Shown: positions 10,740 through 19,750, counted from the first letter of the stretch. The stretch: 64,000 nucleotides of DNA from Candidatus Latescibacterota bacterium (GCA_965226795.1 CBDDDZ010000005.1:3008001-3072000); one strand, 5' to 3'. A program made the numbers and translations. The notes: generated from the letters alone by a model not told the origin.

Positions 10740-10976
10740 GTGGACGCAAAATTCATTCAATCCGATCCCTCTGTAATGATGGGGAAGCCCGTGGTTGCCG
10801 GTACCCGCATCACCGTTGAACTGATTCTTGATAAACTCTCCTCTGGCGACTCGATCGAGGAGGTTGTCGAAGCGCATCCCCGTCTCAGGAGAGAAAGCGT
10901 TCTGGCAGCTCTGCGTTTTGCAGCGCAGGCGCTTCGAGCCGACGTTGTTTATCCGGTAGCTGAGCAAGGCACATGA
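10740..10976 (+). CDS. DUF433-family antitoxin-like protein
   Basis: DPSVMMGKPVVAGTRITVELIL; AAGGAG RBS. Confidence 0.88.
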   Translation: MDAKFIQSDPSVMMGKPVVAGTRITVELILDKLSSGDSIEEVVEAHPRLRRESVLAALRFAAQALRADVVYPVAEQGT

Positions 10977-11203
10977 ATCTGCTGGCCGACGAGAACGTCG
11001 ACAAAGACTTCGGTGAACTGGTGTTTCGCCTGGGACGGAATCCAGCGGGGGTCGTGCTCATTCGCCTCGCGGGTTTGTCTGCGGAAGCGAAGGCAAGAAA
11101 CGTATCGAATGCATTTGCCGATCATAGCGATCAACTGATCTCAGCCTTCAATGTCGTTTCACCTGGAAGGTTACGAATTCGCCGCACTGCGAATAGGAAA
11201 TAG
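10973..11203 (+). pseudogene. DUF5615 PIN-like toxin with in-frame internal deletion
   Basis: MNLLADENV is fused directly to DKDFGELVF; these motifs are normally about 40 aa apart. Confidence 0.7.
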
Positions 11204-11467
11204 CGCACAGCAGCGTGCGAGAAGCCGGAAGGCTACAGAGGTTTGCGATACGGCAAAGTCATACCCAATGTCCAATGTTGGTTTTAAATGGGGCGACCTA
11301 CGGTTCGCCCTGTTTTCGGTCAATCGGCGGGCGGCAATTGTCGCAAGGCTTTCGGTCAAACAATCGATGGTCGTGGCGACGTCCACAACGCGAGCTTCTT
11401 CTGGACATACTTTGTGCTTTGAGACTTTCAATCTCGACGTCATCAGGGGCATTCGGACCATTTTGGC

Positions 11468-11496
11468 GTAGGGGCGACCGGCCGGCCGCCCCTACA
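11468..11496. repeat. GTAG-type REP palindrome (second copy 43527-43550)
   Basis: GTAGGGGCGACCGGCCGGCCGCCCCTAC. Confidence 0.7.
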
Positions 11497-11547
11497 TAAA
11501 GACGGGGTTCGGCCGTCACACAAGGCAAAATTCACAGGATCTTCCGG

Positions 11548-11645
11548 CTATCTGGCAGGGTTGTCCGCGATGTATTGCCGGATCGGACTTAACGCCGATT
11601 CGTTCCGTATAGCGTGGTCGTAGTCGTTGCGTTGCCAGACCGGCA
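11548..11645 (-). pseudogene. REP-associated tyrosine transposase (RAYT) C-terminal remnant
   Basis: VWQRNDYDHAIRNESALSPIRQYIADNPAR, next to a REP. Confidence 0.75.
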
Positions 11646-11784
11646 TATTCGCCAGGGACGTTATGTACTTGGGCTTACCACGCCGCCGGCTTTGCCCCGA
11701 TCCGTCTCGATTAACTATCCAAAAACCCCAGGCATGCCGCTCGGAAAACTTCACTAATTCTTGGGGATATTTGTCTCATTTAGT

Positions 11785-11813
11785 TTGACACATTCCGCCG
11801 AATGTCATATAAT
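11785..11813 (+). promoter_or_regulatory. Consensus sigma70 promoter
   Basis: TTGACA-17 bp-TATAAT; inverted repeat ACATTC/GAATGT in the spacer. Confidence 0.7.
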
Positions 11814-12090
11814 CACGGAAATTGCGCATGCCACACCCTGGCAACTGACGCAGCAAACGATCAGGCCTGTCGAAATAGGGGTTGTCCGGGAACTCGCTGA
11901 AAATGTCCGGGTTGATCTTGCGCTAACGGAACAGATGGATCTCAAGCGTAGTTTTGAATCCGAAGACATCCGGAAGTTCGGCGGACACCTCGTTACGGAC
12001 CGCAAGCGTATGTTGTATGGCCCTTTCCGGCGTCCCGGTCCATTGTCGACTGTGGCTGACTGTGATGTGAACTAAACATATTGGAGGGAT

Positions 12091-12759
12091 ATGATGCGTT
12101 TTTTTGTGGTATTCTTGTCTATACTTGTTGCCTTTATTCAAACCGTACAGGCACAGACGGCAGATGTTGCACGTCATGTTGAGGCGCTTAAAGGCAAGAC
12201 GTTCTGGATCAAAATTGACTTTGTAGAGGTAAATGACGGGATTCGAGGCACTGATGCTGCGAACGTCCTGGAGAATGGAGAGGTTTCATACCGCGCTAGA
12301 ATAGGCGGTTTTCGCCAGTCTCAATCTCAGTCGGCTGAGGATTTCGCCGAAGAGGTCCGGAATATCACTACGAGAGATGCGCTCTCGGGGTGGAGCGTGC
12401 GGGTTATTCAAAGGGGCGCGAAAGTCGTAATCCGAAAAGCCGAGGCAAGGGAGAAAGAGGTATATATTGAACTCGACAAACTGTCAGGTGCTCGCCATGC
12501 CGTTCGCCTTAAAGTCAATAGAGATAAGTACACTATCCCCGAAGTTGAACGCCTTTTCAATATCGCCTTTGCAGCAAGCGTAGCGGAATTAGCAGGTCCC
12601 GAGGAAACCGTTTTGCTTAAATTGAACATGTCCATTGAAGAAGTTATCGCCCGGAAAGGCAAACCCGGAACGCGCGTTGAACTCGGCGACAAGACCATTC
12701 TCGCTTATGACGACTTGAAGTTGATATTCAAGGACGGGAGGTTGGCGGACGCCGAGTAA
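12091..12759 (+). CDS. Hypothetical secreted protein
   Basis: GGAGG RBS, signal peptide ending VQA, 222 aa. Confidence 0.7.
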   Translation: MMRFFVVFLSILVAFIQTVQAQTADVARHVEALKGKTFWIKIDFVEVNDGIRGTDAANVLENGEVSYRARIGGFRQSQSQSAEDFAEEVRNITTRDALSGWSVRVIQRGAKVVIRKAEAREKEVYIELDKLSGARHAVRLKVNRDKYTIPEVERLFNIAFAASVAELAGPEETVLLKLNMSIEEVIARKGKPGTRVELGDKTILAYDDLKLIFKDGRLADAE

Positions 12760-13115
12760 TTGACCACCTGTGATCCCTACACATCTTCCAGTACATCCGT
12801 CATTACTCCACACCTGTCGAGGAACCATTCCATCAAAACGCTCACGTCGGTTCCCTCACGAAGTATCCGCTCCCATATCCAAAAATCGCTTCCCGCCTTT
12901 GGCTTCCCCGTAGTCCGGTCGAGGCGCTATGTGCATTTTCAGCGATATTTCAATCGCATGTTTTTCTGCTACTCGTACTCTATCCCTGCCATAGCCGGCC
13001 TTGATATGCCGGTAATTAAAGAATAATCCGACGGGCCGATTTGTATCAATCGGTTCCCTCCTTCATTCGGAAGTCAGGGAGAGGCAATCAGGACATCATC
13101 AGGGTCGCCCCTGCG

Positions 13116-13800
13116 CTAAATCCGAGCCACGAATTCGTTTGCGGGTGCGTTCTGTATCTCCTCCGGTGTTCCGTACTGTACGATACGCCCGCCCTGCAGC
13201 CACGCGATCCGGTCGGCGACTGCCAGGGCGTCGCCGACGTCTCGCGTGGCGTAAACCAACGTGCGGCGCCGCGGCCAACTGGCGCAGGGCGTGCAGGTCA
13301 CGGATAAAGGCGCGCCGGCGGGTGGGATTCCCGAACCGCGATCTGGTGGACAGGTCGTCCACCAGAAGGAGGTCCGGCCATTCCGGGTTGTTGGGGGGCG
13401 GCCCCACCCATCCCAGTCGACGCACCGTGCCGTCGGGGGAATGGATGGACAGGGAGACGCTGTCCGCGTGCTCGGATAAATCGCCGGGAGGCTCGCGGTG
13501 GGATCCGTCCATCGCCATGTTCGGAAACGCATAGCGCCGGATCCACACCCCCCGCCATCTTTCCGACCGCCACTCTGGCGGGAACGCGTCGGCCCTCGCC
13601 GGAGAAACGCCAACCGCGGATCACGCCGGGCTCCGTTTCACTTTCGTACCCATCCGATCCGATGTGCACGCCGCCCTGTCCGTCCGAGCGTTTGCCAACG
13701 TAGCGCAGCAGCGTCGTCTTGCCAGCGCCTGCCGGTCCGACTATCGCGACGATCTCCCCCGACTGTACAAAGAGCGACAGCCCGTCGAGGACGGAGGCCT
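13116..13800 (-). pseudogene. Degenerate ABC transporter ATP-binding gene
   Basis: Walker A GPAGAGKTTLL in one frame, ALAVADRIAWLQGGRIVQYGTPEEI in another; signature motif not recognisable. Confidence 0.65.
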
Positions 13801-14043
13801 GCGCGCCCTTGTTCCGGTCGAGCAGCGGTAAACAGTCAGCGTAACGCAATCGGTCAGCCAAGCGAGGTCCGCGGGCCGCAACGCGAATCACTTCGATTTC
13901 TTCCAGGCAGAACAAGCGTTCACAGCAGGCCAAGACGTCTAACGCCACTACGTTGTGGGAACGCATGGCGAGAGAATGGGTTGACAACGCGCATCAAATC
14001 TCGTAGTAATATTGCAGGTAATCAACCGAAACGGAGGCTTCTG

Positions 14044-14142
14044 GTGAAAACCGCTCTCATTCAAATCGGGAATTCACGTGGCATCCGTATCCCCAAGGCG
14101 TTCCTGGGTCAGTGCCAACTTCTTACAGTAAGCGGAAGTTGA
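14044..14142 (+). pseudogene. AbrB/MazE-family antitoxin N-terminal fragment
   Basis: GGAGG RBS, MKTALIQIGNSRGIRIPK then early stop. Confidence 0.7.
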
Positions 14143-14173
14143 ACAGTCACTCAAACCGGAAGGGAGAACCTAA

Positions 14174-14395
14174 ATGAACGCAGCAAGCGAATTGTCCGAA
14201 CGGCAGGCCCGGCTTGAAGGCATCATTGAGCAAATGGACCGCCGCTTTGAGTCCATTGATCGCCGCCTGGATTCCATCGACCGCCACCTTACGGGCATCG
14301 AGTCCAGCATGCGTCAGGGCTTTTTCTGGATCGTCGGCATTCAGATTACCACCCTCTTGACGTTTGGCGCGTTGATTCTCATCAAGCTCGGATAG
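14174..14395 (+). CDS. Small coiled-coil protein with C-terminal TM helix
   Basis: Heptads (DRRFESI/DRRLDSI), hydrophobic tail, GGAG RBS. Confidence 0.65.
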   Translation: MNAASELSERQARLEGIIEQMDRRFESIDRRLDSIDRHLTGIESSMRQGFFWIVGIQITTLLTFGALILIKLG

Positions 14396-14481
14396 CCACC
14401 CGCCTCCCGAAAGAACACCCAAGTGAACGCCATCGCCCACACAAACGCCGACATCACCAACCTGTCTAGCAGACAGCCAGA

Positions 14482-14575
14482 CCACCGAAGTGAGGGGAGA
14501 TGGGGACGGCTTTGCCGCGGTCCTTCACGACGCGGTATGGGTCGGTCCTTGTTCTGATGGAAGATTCTCGACGTG
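14482..14575 (-). CRISPR. Degenerate hybrid mini-array: partial repeat B, 37-nt spacer, degenerate repeat A'
   Basis: CCACCGAAGTGAGGGGAGAT (14482-14501) is an exact 20-nt match to the trailer repeats of array B; TCCTTGTTCTGATGGAAGATTCTC starts at 14546. Confidence 0.75.
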
Positions 14576-14594
14576 TCCGCCTTCGATTGTTCAT

Positions 14595-14885
14595 TTAAGC
14601 CTCTCTTGGGATGCCTGCCGCTGCTCCAAACGCCTCTTGTGCTTCCCGTATCTTGACGTCCAACAACGCCTCATGTATCTCCTCTTGTATGTCCTGCTCC
14701 GCTTGCGTAAAGACATCGGCGGACCGCCGCCGGTAAACTTCCGTTCGGAATTCTTGGTTGTCCTCCCTGATCTTGTCTTGAAAAGATTCCCCTACCGCCA
14801 CTTCCATATCCGTCGCTGTCGACGGGTTTTCTAGCACGGCATTCTTTACCGCCTGCTTCAGCATTTCTCGCCTTCGATTGCTCAT
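14595..14885 (-). CDS. Hypothetical 96-aa acidic helical protein between CRISPR-like repeats
   Basis: GGAGG RBS between repeat end (14903) and ATG. Confidence 0.7.
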   Translation of the reverse strand: MSNRRREMLKQAVKNAVLENPSTATDMEVAVGESFQDKIREDNQEFRTEVYRRRSADVFTQAEQDIQEEIHEALLDVKIREAQEAFGAAAGIPREA

Positions 14886-14902
14886 TTAAGCCCTCCCAGA
14901 TG

Positions 14903-14939
14903 GTTTAAATCCTTGTTCTGATAGAAGATCTTCACCGGG
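14903..14939 (-). CRISPR. Isolated repeat A' copy
   Basis: GTTTAAATCCTTGTTCTGATAGAAGATCTTCACCGGG; 33/37 to the copy at 23236. Confidence 0.85.
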
Positions 14940-14940
14940 A

Positions 14941-15126
14941 TTAGCGGGCGCCTGGCGGCGCGTTTTTCAGCCGCTCGTTCGGCGTCGGCTTTGGCCCACA
15001 GGGCCAACTGGGAAAAGGTAGGAACCGGCAGGCCGCCTTGTAGTCGGCAGGAGCAAACGGCGTCCCGTCGGGATGCCAGCCGCGGCCGAAAATCTTTGTG
15101 TACTTTTCTTTAGGTAGGGTAGGCAT
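14941..15126 (-). CDS. WHPDGTPFAP microprotein, copy 1 (frameshifted after DYKA relative to copy 3)
   Basis: RGWHPDGTPFAPADY; the alternate frame continues LPVPTFSQLALWAKADAERAAE, matching copy 3. Confidence 0.7.
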   Translation of the reverse strand: MPTLPKEKYTKIFGRGWHPDGTPFAPADYKAACRFLPFPSWPCGPKPTPNERLKNAPPGAR

Positions 15127-15129
15127 AGA

Positions 15130-15166
15130 GATTCAATCCTTGTACTGATGGAAGATTCTCGCCGGG
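15130..15166 (-). CRISPR. Isolated repeat A' copy
   Basis: GATTCAATCCTTGTACTGATGGAAGATTCTCGCCGGG; 34/37 to the copy at 23236. Confidence 0.85.
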
Positions 15167-15172
15167 TTTATC

Positions 15173-15262
15173 TCAATCGAACCAATCCCAGGGCGTAAAG
15201 TATTTGATTCCAATAACCACCACAAGAATTACAGCAAGCAAGAGTATAAATCCCAAAATCAT
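15173..15262 (-). CDS. 29-aa single-TM peptide between two repeats (below ORF-track cutoff)
   Basis: MILGFILLLAVILVVVIGIKYFTPWDWFD*; AGGGG 5 nt before ATG; fills most of the inter-repeat interval. Confidence 0.65.
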   Translation of the reverse strand: MILGFILLLAVILVVVIGIKYFTPWDWFD

Positions 15263-15287
15263 AGCGGCCCCTATATACCTGTTTTCC

Positions 15288-15324
15288 GTTTCAGCCCTTG
15301 TCCTGATGGAAAATTCCGAGCGGG
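15288..15324 (-). CRISPR. Degenerate repeat A' copy
   Basis: GTTTCAGCCCTTGTCCTGATGGAAAATTCCGAGCGGG; 30/37 to the copy at 23236. Confidence 0.75.
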
Positions 15325-15348
15325 ATTGTGGTAGGGCGACGGCCGCTT

Positions 15349-15900
15349 TTATTCATCTCCTCGGATCTTGGCCAGCGCCTCGCTCGCAGCGTCTGCCATG
15401 AAATCCACAGAGTCCTTAAGATTTTCGTGTATCCATTCGAGATATCTGACCGCCCGTTGCTCTCGAAACTCACCGAGTTGCCGGATGATCGTCTCCCCCA
15501 GACCGGTGCCCAAAGGGTATCGGTCTCTGGCCATGTGCTCGAAAACGCTCACGAGCAGATTCAGCAGGTGTTGGCGAATTTCCTCCGAATCCGGTGAGGG
15601 TCTCCAGACGTAACGCGGGTTTTCCCAGGACACCCACTCGTCTGGTTGACCGGGCCGAACGCGCCGTTCCTGTTCCCAGCCGCCATGGCGCATCACCGGT
15701 CCGATGGGGATGCGATCGCGATCGGGCCGGCGATGTGGATGGTTCGCACAATAGGTGTAGAAGGGGTTCTCTATCGCGATGTCCCTGATCTCGCAATAGG
15801 GCGGTATACTCTCGTCAGCGCGCCGCAACCATTCGCGCTCGCCCCGGTTCGTTCGATTGAACCAACAGGTTCCGCAACAGTCGGATCCTCCGTTGGGCAT
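15349..15900 (-). CDS. Hypothetical Cys/His-rich protein with helical (HEAT-like) C-terminus
   Basis: MPNGGSDCCGTCWFN...YCEIR...YCANHPH; GGAGG RBS. Confidence 0.75.
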   Translation of the reverse strand: MPNGGSDCCGTCWFNRTNRGEREWLRRADESIPPYCEIRDIAIENPFYTYCANHPHRRPDRDRIPIGPVMRHGGWEQERRVRPGQPDEWVSWENPRYVWRPSPDSEEIRQHLLNLLVSVFEHMARDRYPLGTGLGETIIRQLGEFREQRAVRYLEWIHENLKDSVDFMADAASEALAKIRGDE

Positions 15901-16024
15901 CGCTCAGCCCTCCGCCCGGTTGTAACTCCGCAACCTCTCCCGCAACCGGTCATGCAGTAGCGCTCGCACCGTCACATCGTTCGGTCCAATCGAAATCCTC
16001 CGCAACGCATAACATAAAGTCCAT

Positions 16025-16045
16025 TTGTCGCAAGTATTGCGACAA
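16025..16045. promoter_or_regulatory. Inverted-repeat operator, same arms as upstream of the WYL gene
   Basis: TTGTCGCA-agtat-TGCGACAA. Confidence 0.7.
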
Positions 16046-16114
16046 CATTAAAAAAGCTATCGGCTGTTAGCGGGCAGCCGTCAGCCAGAAACAGTGAGAA
16101 AAGGAGCCGGTGTG

Positions 16115-16299
16115 AAGGTGGGGCAGACATTCCTGTCTGCCCTTATCATTGTCCTTCTGTCGCGATGCAGACAGAAGCAAGGCTTGCGCCGTCCTCTTTC
16201 CAGTGGGGAGACGGCGGCGAGTTGCGGCGTGCCCAGACACAGGATTCTGAGGTTTCGGTTTGATGTAAGTGAGCAGACAAGAATGTCTGCTCCACCCTT
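16115..16299. repeat. Inverted pair of REP-like palindromes (REPIN/MITE-like)
   Basis: AAGGTGGGGCAGACATTCCTGTCTGC ... GCAGACAAGAATGTCTGCTCCACCCTT. Confidence 0.6.
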
Positions 16300-16480
16300 A
16301 CAAGCCTTTGTTCGAATTACCGCTTGAGCGCGTCAACAATCTGAGACAAAATGCCTGTACTTGCTTCCACATTCCGAAGCAGCAAGGCGCCACTGTCACC
16401 TGTGTGCCTGCGGCGAGCGATGCTGTCGGCTTTTTTCATTCCATCCTCCTCGTTGAGTAGACAGATGCAGATCCAACCGC

Positions 16481-17214
16481 TCAGAACCGTTCACGGATGG
16501 CCCAGGCCTTGATCAAGTGGTGGGCGATGGCGATGGGTCCAGGCACCGACAGAACTTTGCTCTTGCCGTCGAGGGCCAGCAGCACTTCGCGACGCTCGAA
16601 CCAGTGCGCGTCGGACATCTCCTCATTGTCTATACGAATGGCGGTGGTGACCGCTTCCGCCAGGCAGCCGATCATAAGCGAACAGGGAAACGGCCATGGC
16701 TGCGAGGAGTGGTAGCGTACGTTCTTCACCCCGATACCCGCTTCCTCCATCACTTCGCGCGCCACCACCTCCTCGATCGCTTCCCCCTGATCGACGAAAC
16801 CGGCCAGGGCGGAGTACATGCGCAGCCGCGAAAGGCGACCGTGCGACTGCCCGAGCAGGCAACGGTCGGTGGCGGGGTCCCGGCGGTACGGCAATCCTCG
16901 AAACGCCAGCCCCGACCGTCCGCAACCCGGGCGGCTGCCTCGGGGAAGGGGGACATGTCTACGGCGAAGTGCGCGACCGCGTCCATCAACCCGAGGAAAA
17001 TCGGCTTCGCTCCGGTCGCAAAGGTCCGGATCCGTTGCGTGTGCAGCCAACCAAGCCGCGGTCGCAGGCAGTCGTCGATCAACACTTCGAGATCCCGGAA
17101 GGGCAGGAACCTGCTGCCGGCGGCGGTTTCGGCGCGATGGATCCAGGCTTCGTCCCGACGTTCGCGTTCGGCACGGTCGAGAGGATTGCCGGCGAATGGA
17201 TGCTGGGCATTCAT
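16481..17214 (-). pseudogene. nudC: NAD(+) diphosphatase NudC, internally deleted and frameshifted
   Basis: N-terminal FAGNPLDRAE in one frame; Nudix box YSALAGFVDQGEAIEEVVAREVMEEAG and SQPWPFP in another; zinc-finger segment missing. Confidence 0.8.
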
Positions 17215-17407
17215 GGATTGCGGTTACCGTAGCAGGCCGACGGGATGTAGACGGGGGAGTATCCGCACCTTAGCCGGTACTCTATCACGTGCAACTTCGG
17301 CGGCGCTGGATCACCATCCGGATGTCCAGCGCACCGCCGACCTGATGCGTCAACGTGAATGCAAACAGCCGGATATATCCCGCGTACTTTAGTCAGTTGC
17401 TGTTCCA

Positions 17408-18283
17408 TCAGGTGTCGAACAGGCTGTGCAGCCATGTATCGGCCTCTGGAATGCCGTCGGCGTTAAACACGAACTCCTGGCCGGGGCTGGCGCTCTTGAC
17501 GTAGGCCCACGGACCGTAGCGCTGCCACTGTTTTTTGCGATGATAGCTAAGCATTGGCTGCCCGTCGACGCGACAGAACCAGCGTGGCAGTCTCCAATAC
17601 GACCGGCTGCTCGCTCCGGGTGCGGTCAACATGACTCGGTCATTGGCACCTGAAAAAAGGCCGCCTCCGTTCGTTCGAGTTTCCGTTCCGCCGATGTTGA
17701 GTGTCCGGGTCGCAACGTAAACCGTGTTGTTCGGCGGCCATGATCGTCCATTGGGATGCAAAGGGTTGACGTGGGGATGGTCAGACAGCCAGGGCCGGAC
17801 TGTGCGGGCGCCGGCCGTATCGGTACCCACAGTAACGACCTCGGCCACCTGGAGCCAACCGAATAACCGGTGCACATCAGGAGCGTTCGATGCGTACTGC
17901 CATGTGCCCCCCTTCGCCGGTTCCGCGGCGCGAAACCAACCAAAGAATAGAAAGAGGTCGCCGGGCCCAACACCCTGGTTTTTCAGATGGCGTTGAGCGG
18001 TCTCGGCCTGCCCGAACGCCGCCAGCCAGCCGGGCGAACGCACAAGGGCATTGGCATTCAAATCGGGATCCAGATGACACCGGTCTCGTCCTTTCACTTC
18101 GCCGTTGGTCAAACACTCCACAATTTGGCCGAGAGACGTGTTACGCCACCGAACGTCATTGAATCGCGTCGGACTTCCGGGGTACGGAATCGGTAGGGAC
18201 AGGGCAGTGCCGTCGGGAAAAATGGGGCTTGGCTTGCCGCCATACTTCGCATCGAAACCCTTGCGGCTGAAGACAATCTTCAT
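17408..18283 (-). CDS. Nucleotide-modification-associated domain 3 (Nmad3)-like protein
   Basis: MKIVFSRKGFD...PSPIFPDG.ALSLPIP, HLDPDL, AFGQ, GDLFLFFGWFR, GQEFV; GGAGG RBS. Confidence 0.75.
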   Translation of the reverse strand: MKIVFSRKGFDAKYGGKPSPIFPDGTALSLPIPYPGSPTRFNDVRWRNTSLGQIVECLTNGEVKGRDRCHLDPDLNANALVRSPGWLAAFGQAETAQRHLKNQGVGPGDLFLFFGWFRAAEPAKGGTWQYASNAPDVHRLFGWLQVAEVVTVGTDTAGARTVRPWLSDHPHVNPLHPNGRSWPPNNTVYVATRTLNIGGTETRTNGGGLFSGANDRVMLTAPGASSRSYWRLPRWFCRVDGQPMLSYHRKKQWQRYGPWAYVKSASPGQEFVFNADGIPEADTWLHSLFDT

Positions 18284-18456
18284 TGGTACTCTTCCTCCAT
18301 TGGTCCGGTCAGGTTACCCAAGCTTACAGCAAAGAGAAAGAACCGGCAAGGTCAACGATAACATTCTTGCCAAGGTCCCCAGCAAGTCGTGGGGCGCAAT
18401 TCGGGCAACAGTCCACGCATCCTAAAGCGTTTCATCGATGTAAACGCTCATGACGG

Positions 18457-18493
18457 GTTTCAATCCTTGTTCTGGTGGAAGATTCCCAGCGGG
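18457..18493 (-). CRISPR. Solitary repeat A' copy
   Basis: GTTTCAATCCTTGTTCTGGTGGAAGATTCCCAGCGGG; 34/37 to the copy at 23236. Confidence 0.85.
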
Positions 18494-18686
18494 TTAGGCG
18501 CAACGAATGTGACAGGAGCATGTCGGTCTGGAGGTGTCGAATTGCATAGCAACTTCTGTCCATCGGGAGTCAGAAAATCGCGTCGAGGACGAAATCTACC
18601 CACCACTGCCCACCCGGATCAGCGAGGCTGGAGCAGAGACTTGGGTCTCAAAAGCGATCCGACGGGTTGTTTGTTCGATGATACTC

Positions 18687-19750
18687 TTAACGCTCGTCCG
18701 TCCTGCGTTTAAGTTCGTCGGCAATCCAATCGGCAGCATCGTGACGATTCATGCCAGCGAAGACACATCGAACAGGGAGATTGTAACCTGTTTCTTTTCT
18801 CACATCTCGTATTCTTACACCGTTGTCATCGGACACGATTGTTTCCCAAACGACCTTCACATGGTACTCACGCTCCTGTCCGAAAACGGTTGTGCCAGAG
18901 ATGACTTGGCCGTCAACGATCCTCCCGGCCGCCAATACACCTTTTTTGTTGACATAAGCAAAGACCCGCTGGTCTTCAGCACTTCCTGACAGATTAGTTG
19001 CACCCGTCTCATAGCCGTGAATGGCAATTACCCCCTGATCAAACATCTTGCGATACGCATTTGGGGCGTAGGTTTCGTTCGTATTGAAGATCCAATCGCC
19101 CTGCCACTTTTCTGCCGAAACGTCCTCTCCTTGCGACTGAATCTTTGGCAATGGCGCGATGTCCATCAGGATTTCTGCATCATCGGAATTTGCGTGGAGC
19201 GTGAATGGCACGAAGTTTATCGGCACACCGTATTCATGAAGCCATTTGACTATCCTCAACAAACCCTCATCAGACGCCGGAGCGACGATAATAATCCGGT
19301 GGCCTTGTTGCGCTTTTGGAATGTCCTTCTGATTAAATTCAGGATCGTCGGTTAGCTCTTGAATCCTTTCTAGCAAGGGGACATATGGGCTTCCGCCATG
19401 GCGTAGGGGCCAGTATTCTCGGTCCAGTTTTCTAGATCTTCATAGCTCTTTCCGGTCATTTCAGCAGCATATTCGAGCAGTTGGCCTACCGTCGCTCTAT
19501 CGGACCAGTCCCGCTTTATTTCGACGATGACCAAACGCCCGTCAGCGTCCAACGCCAAAATGTCTCCCATGCGTTTACCGGCAACGGACTGACCAATCAC
19601 CAGAATCTTCTCGGCACCAAACAGTAGATCGGGGTTCCGCGCCATCCAGTTTTCCAGGTTCTTTTCTGTAAGATTCAACTTTGACGCGGGCCGTTCTTCA
19701 TATGATTGAACCGCGGTCTCTTCTCCGTCGCGGATTAGCTTAAATAGCAT
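18687..19750 (-). pseudogene. NucS-like PD-(D/E)XK endonuclease with C-terminal domain; 1-nt frameshift near 19430
   Basis: TEKNLENW, GDILALDADGRLVIVEIKR, QLLEYA; adding one A to an A-run joins ORFs 19370..19765 and 18687..19376. Confidence 0.7.

Noticed and set aside
18494..18547. Short ORF whose TAA abuts the solitary repeat at 18457
   Set aside because: 17 codons, no RBS, no supporting homology
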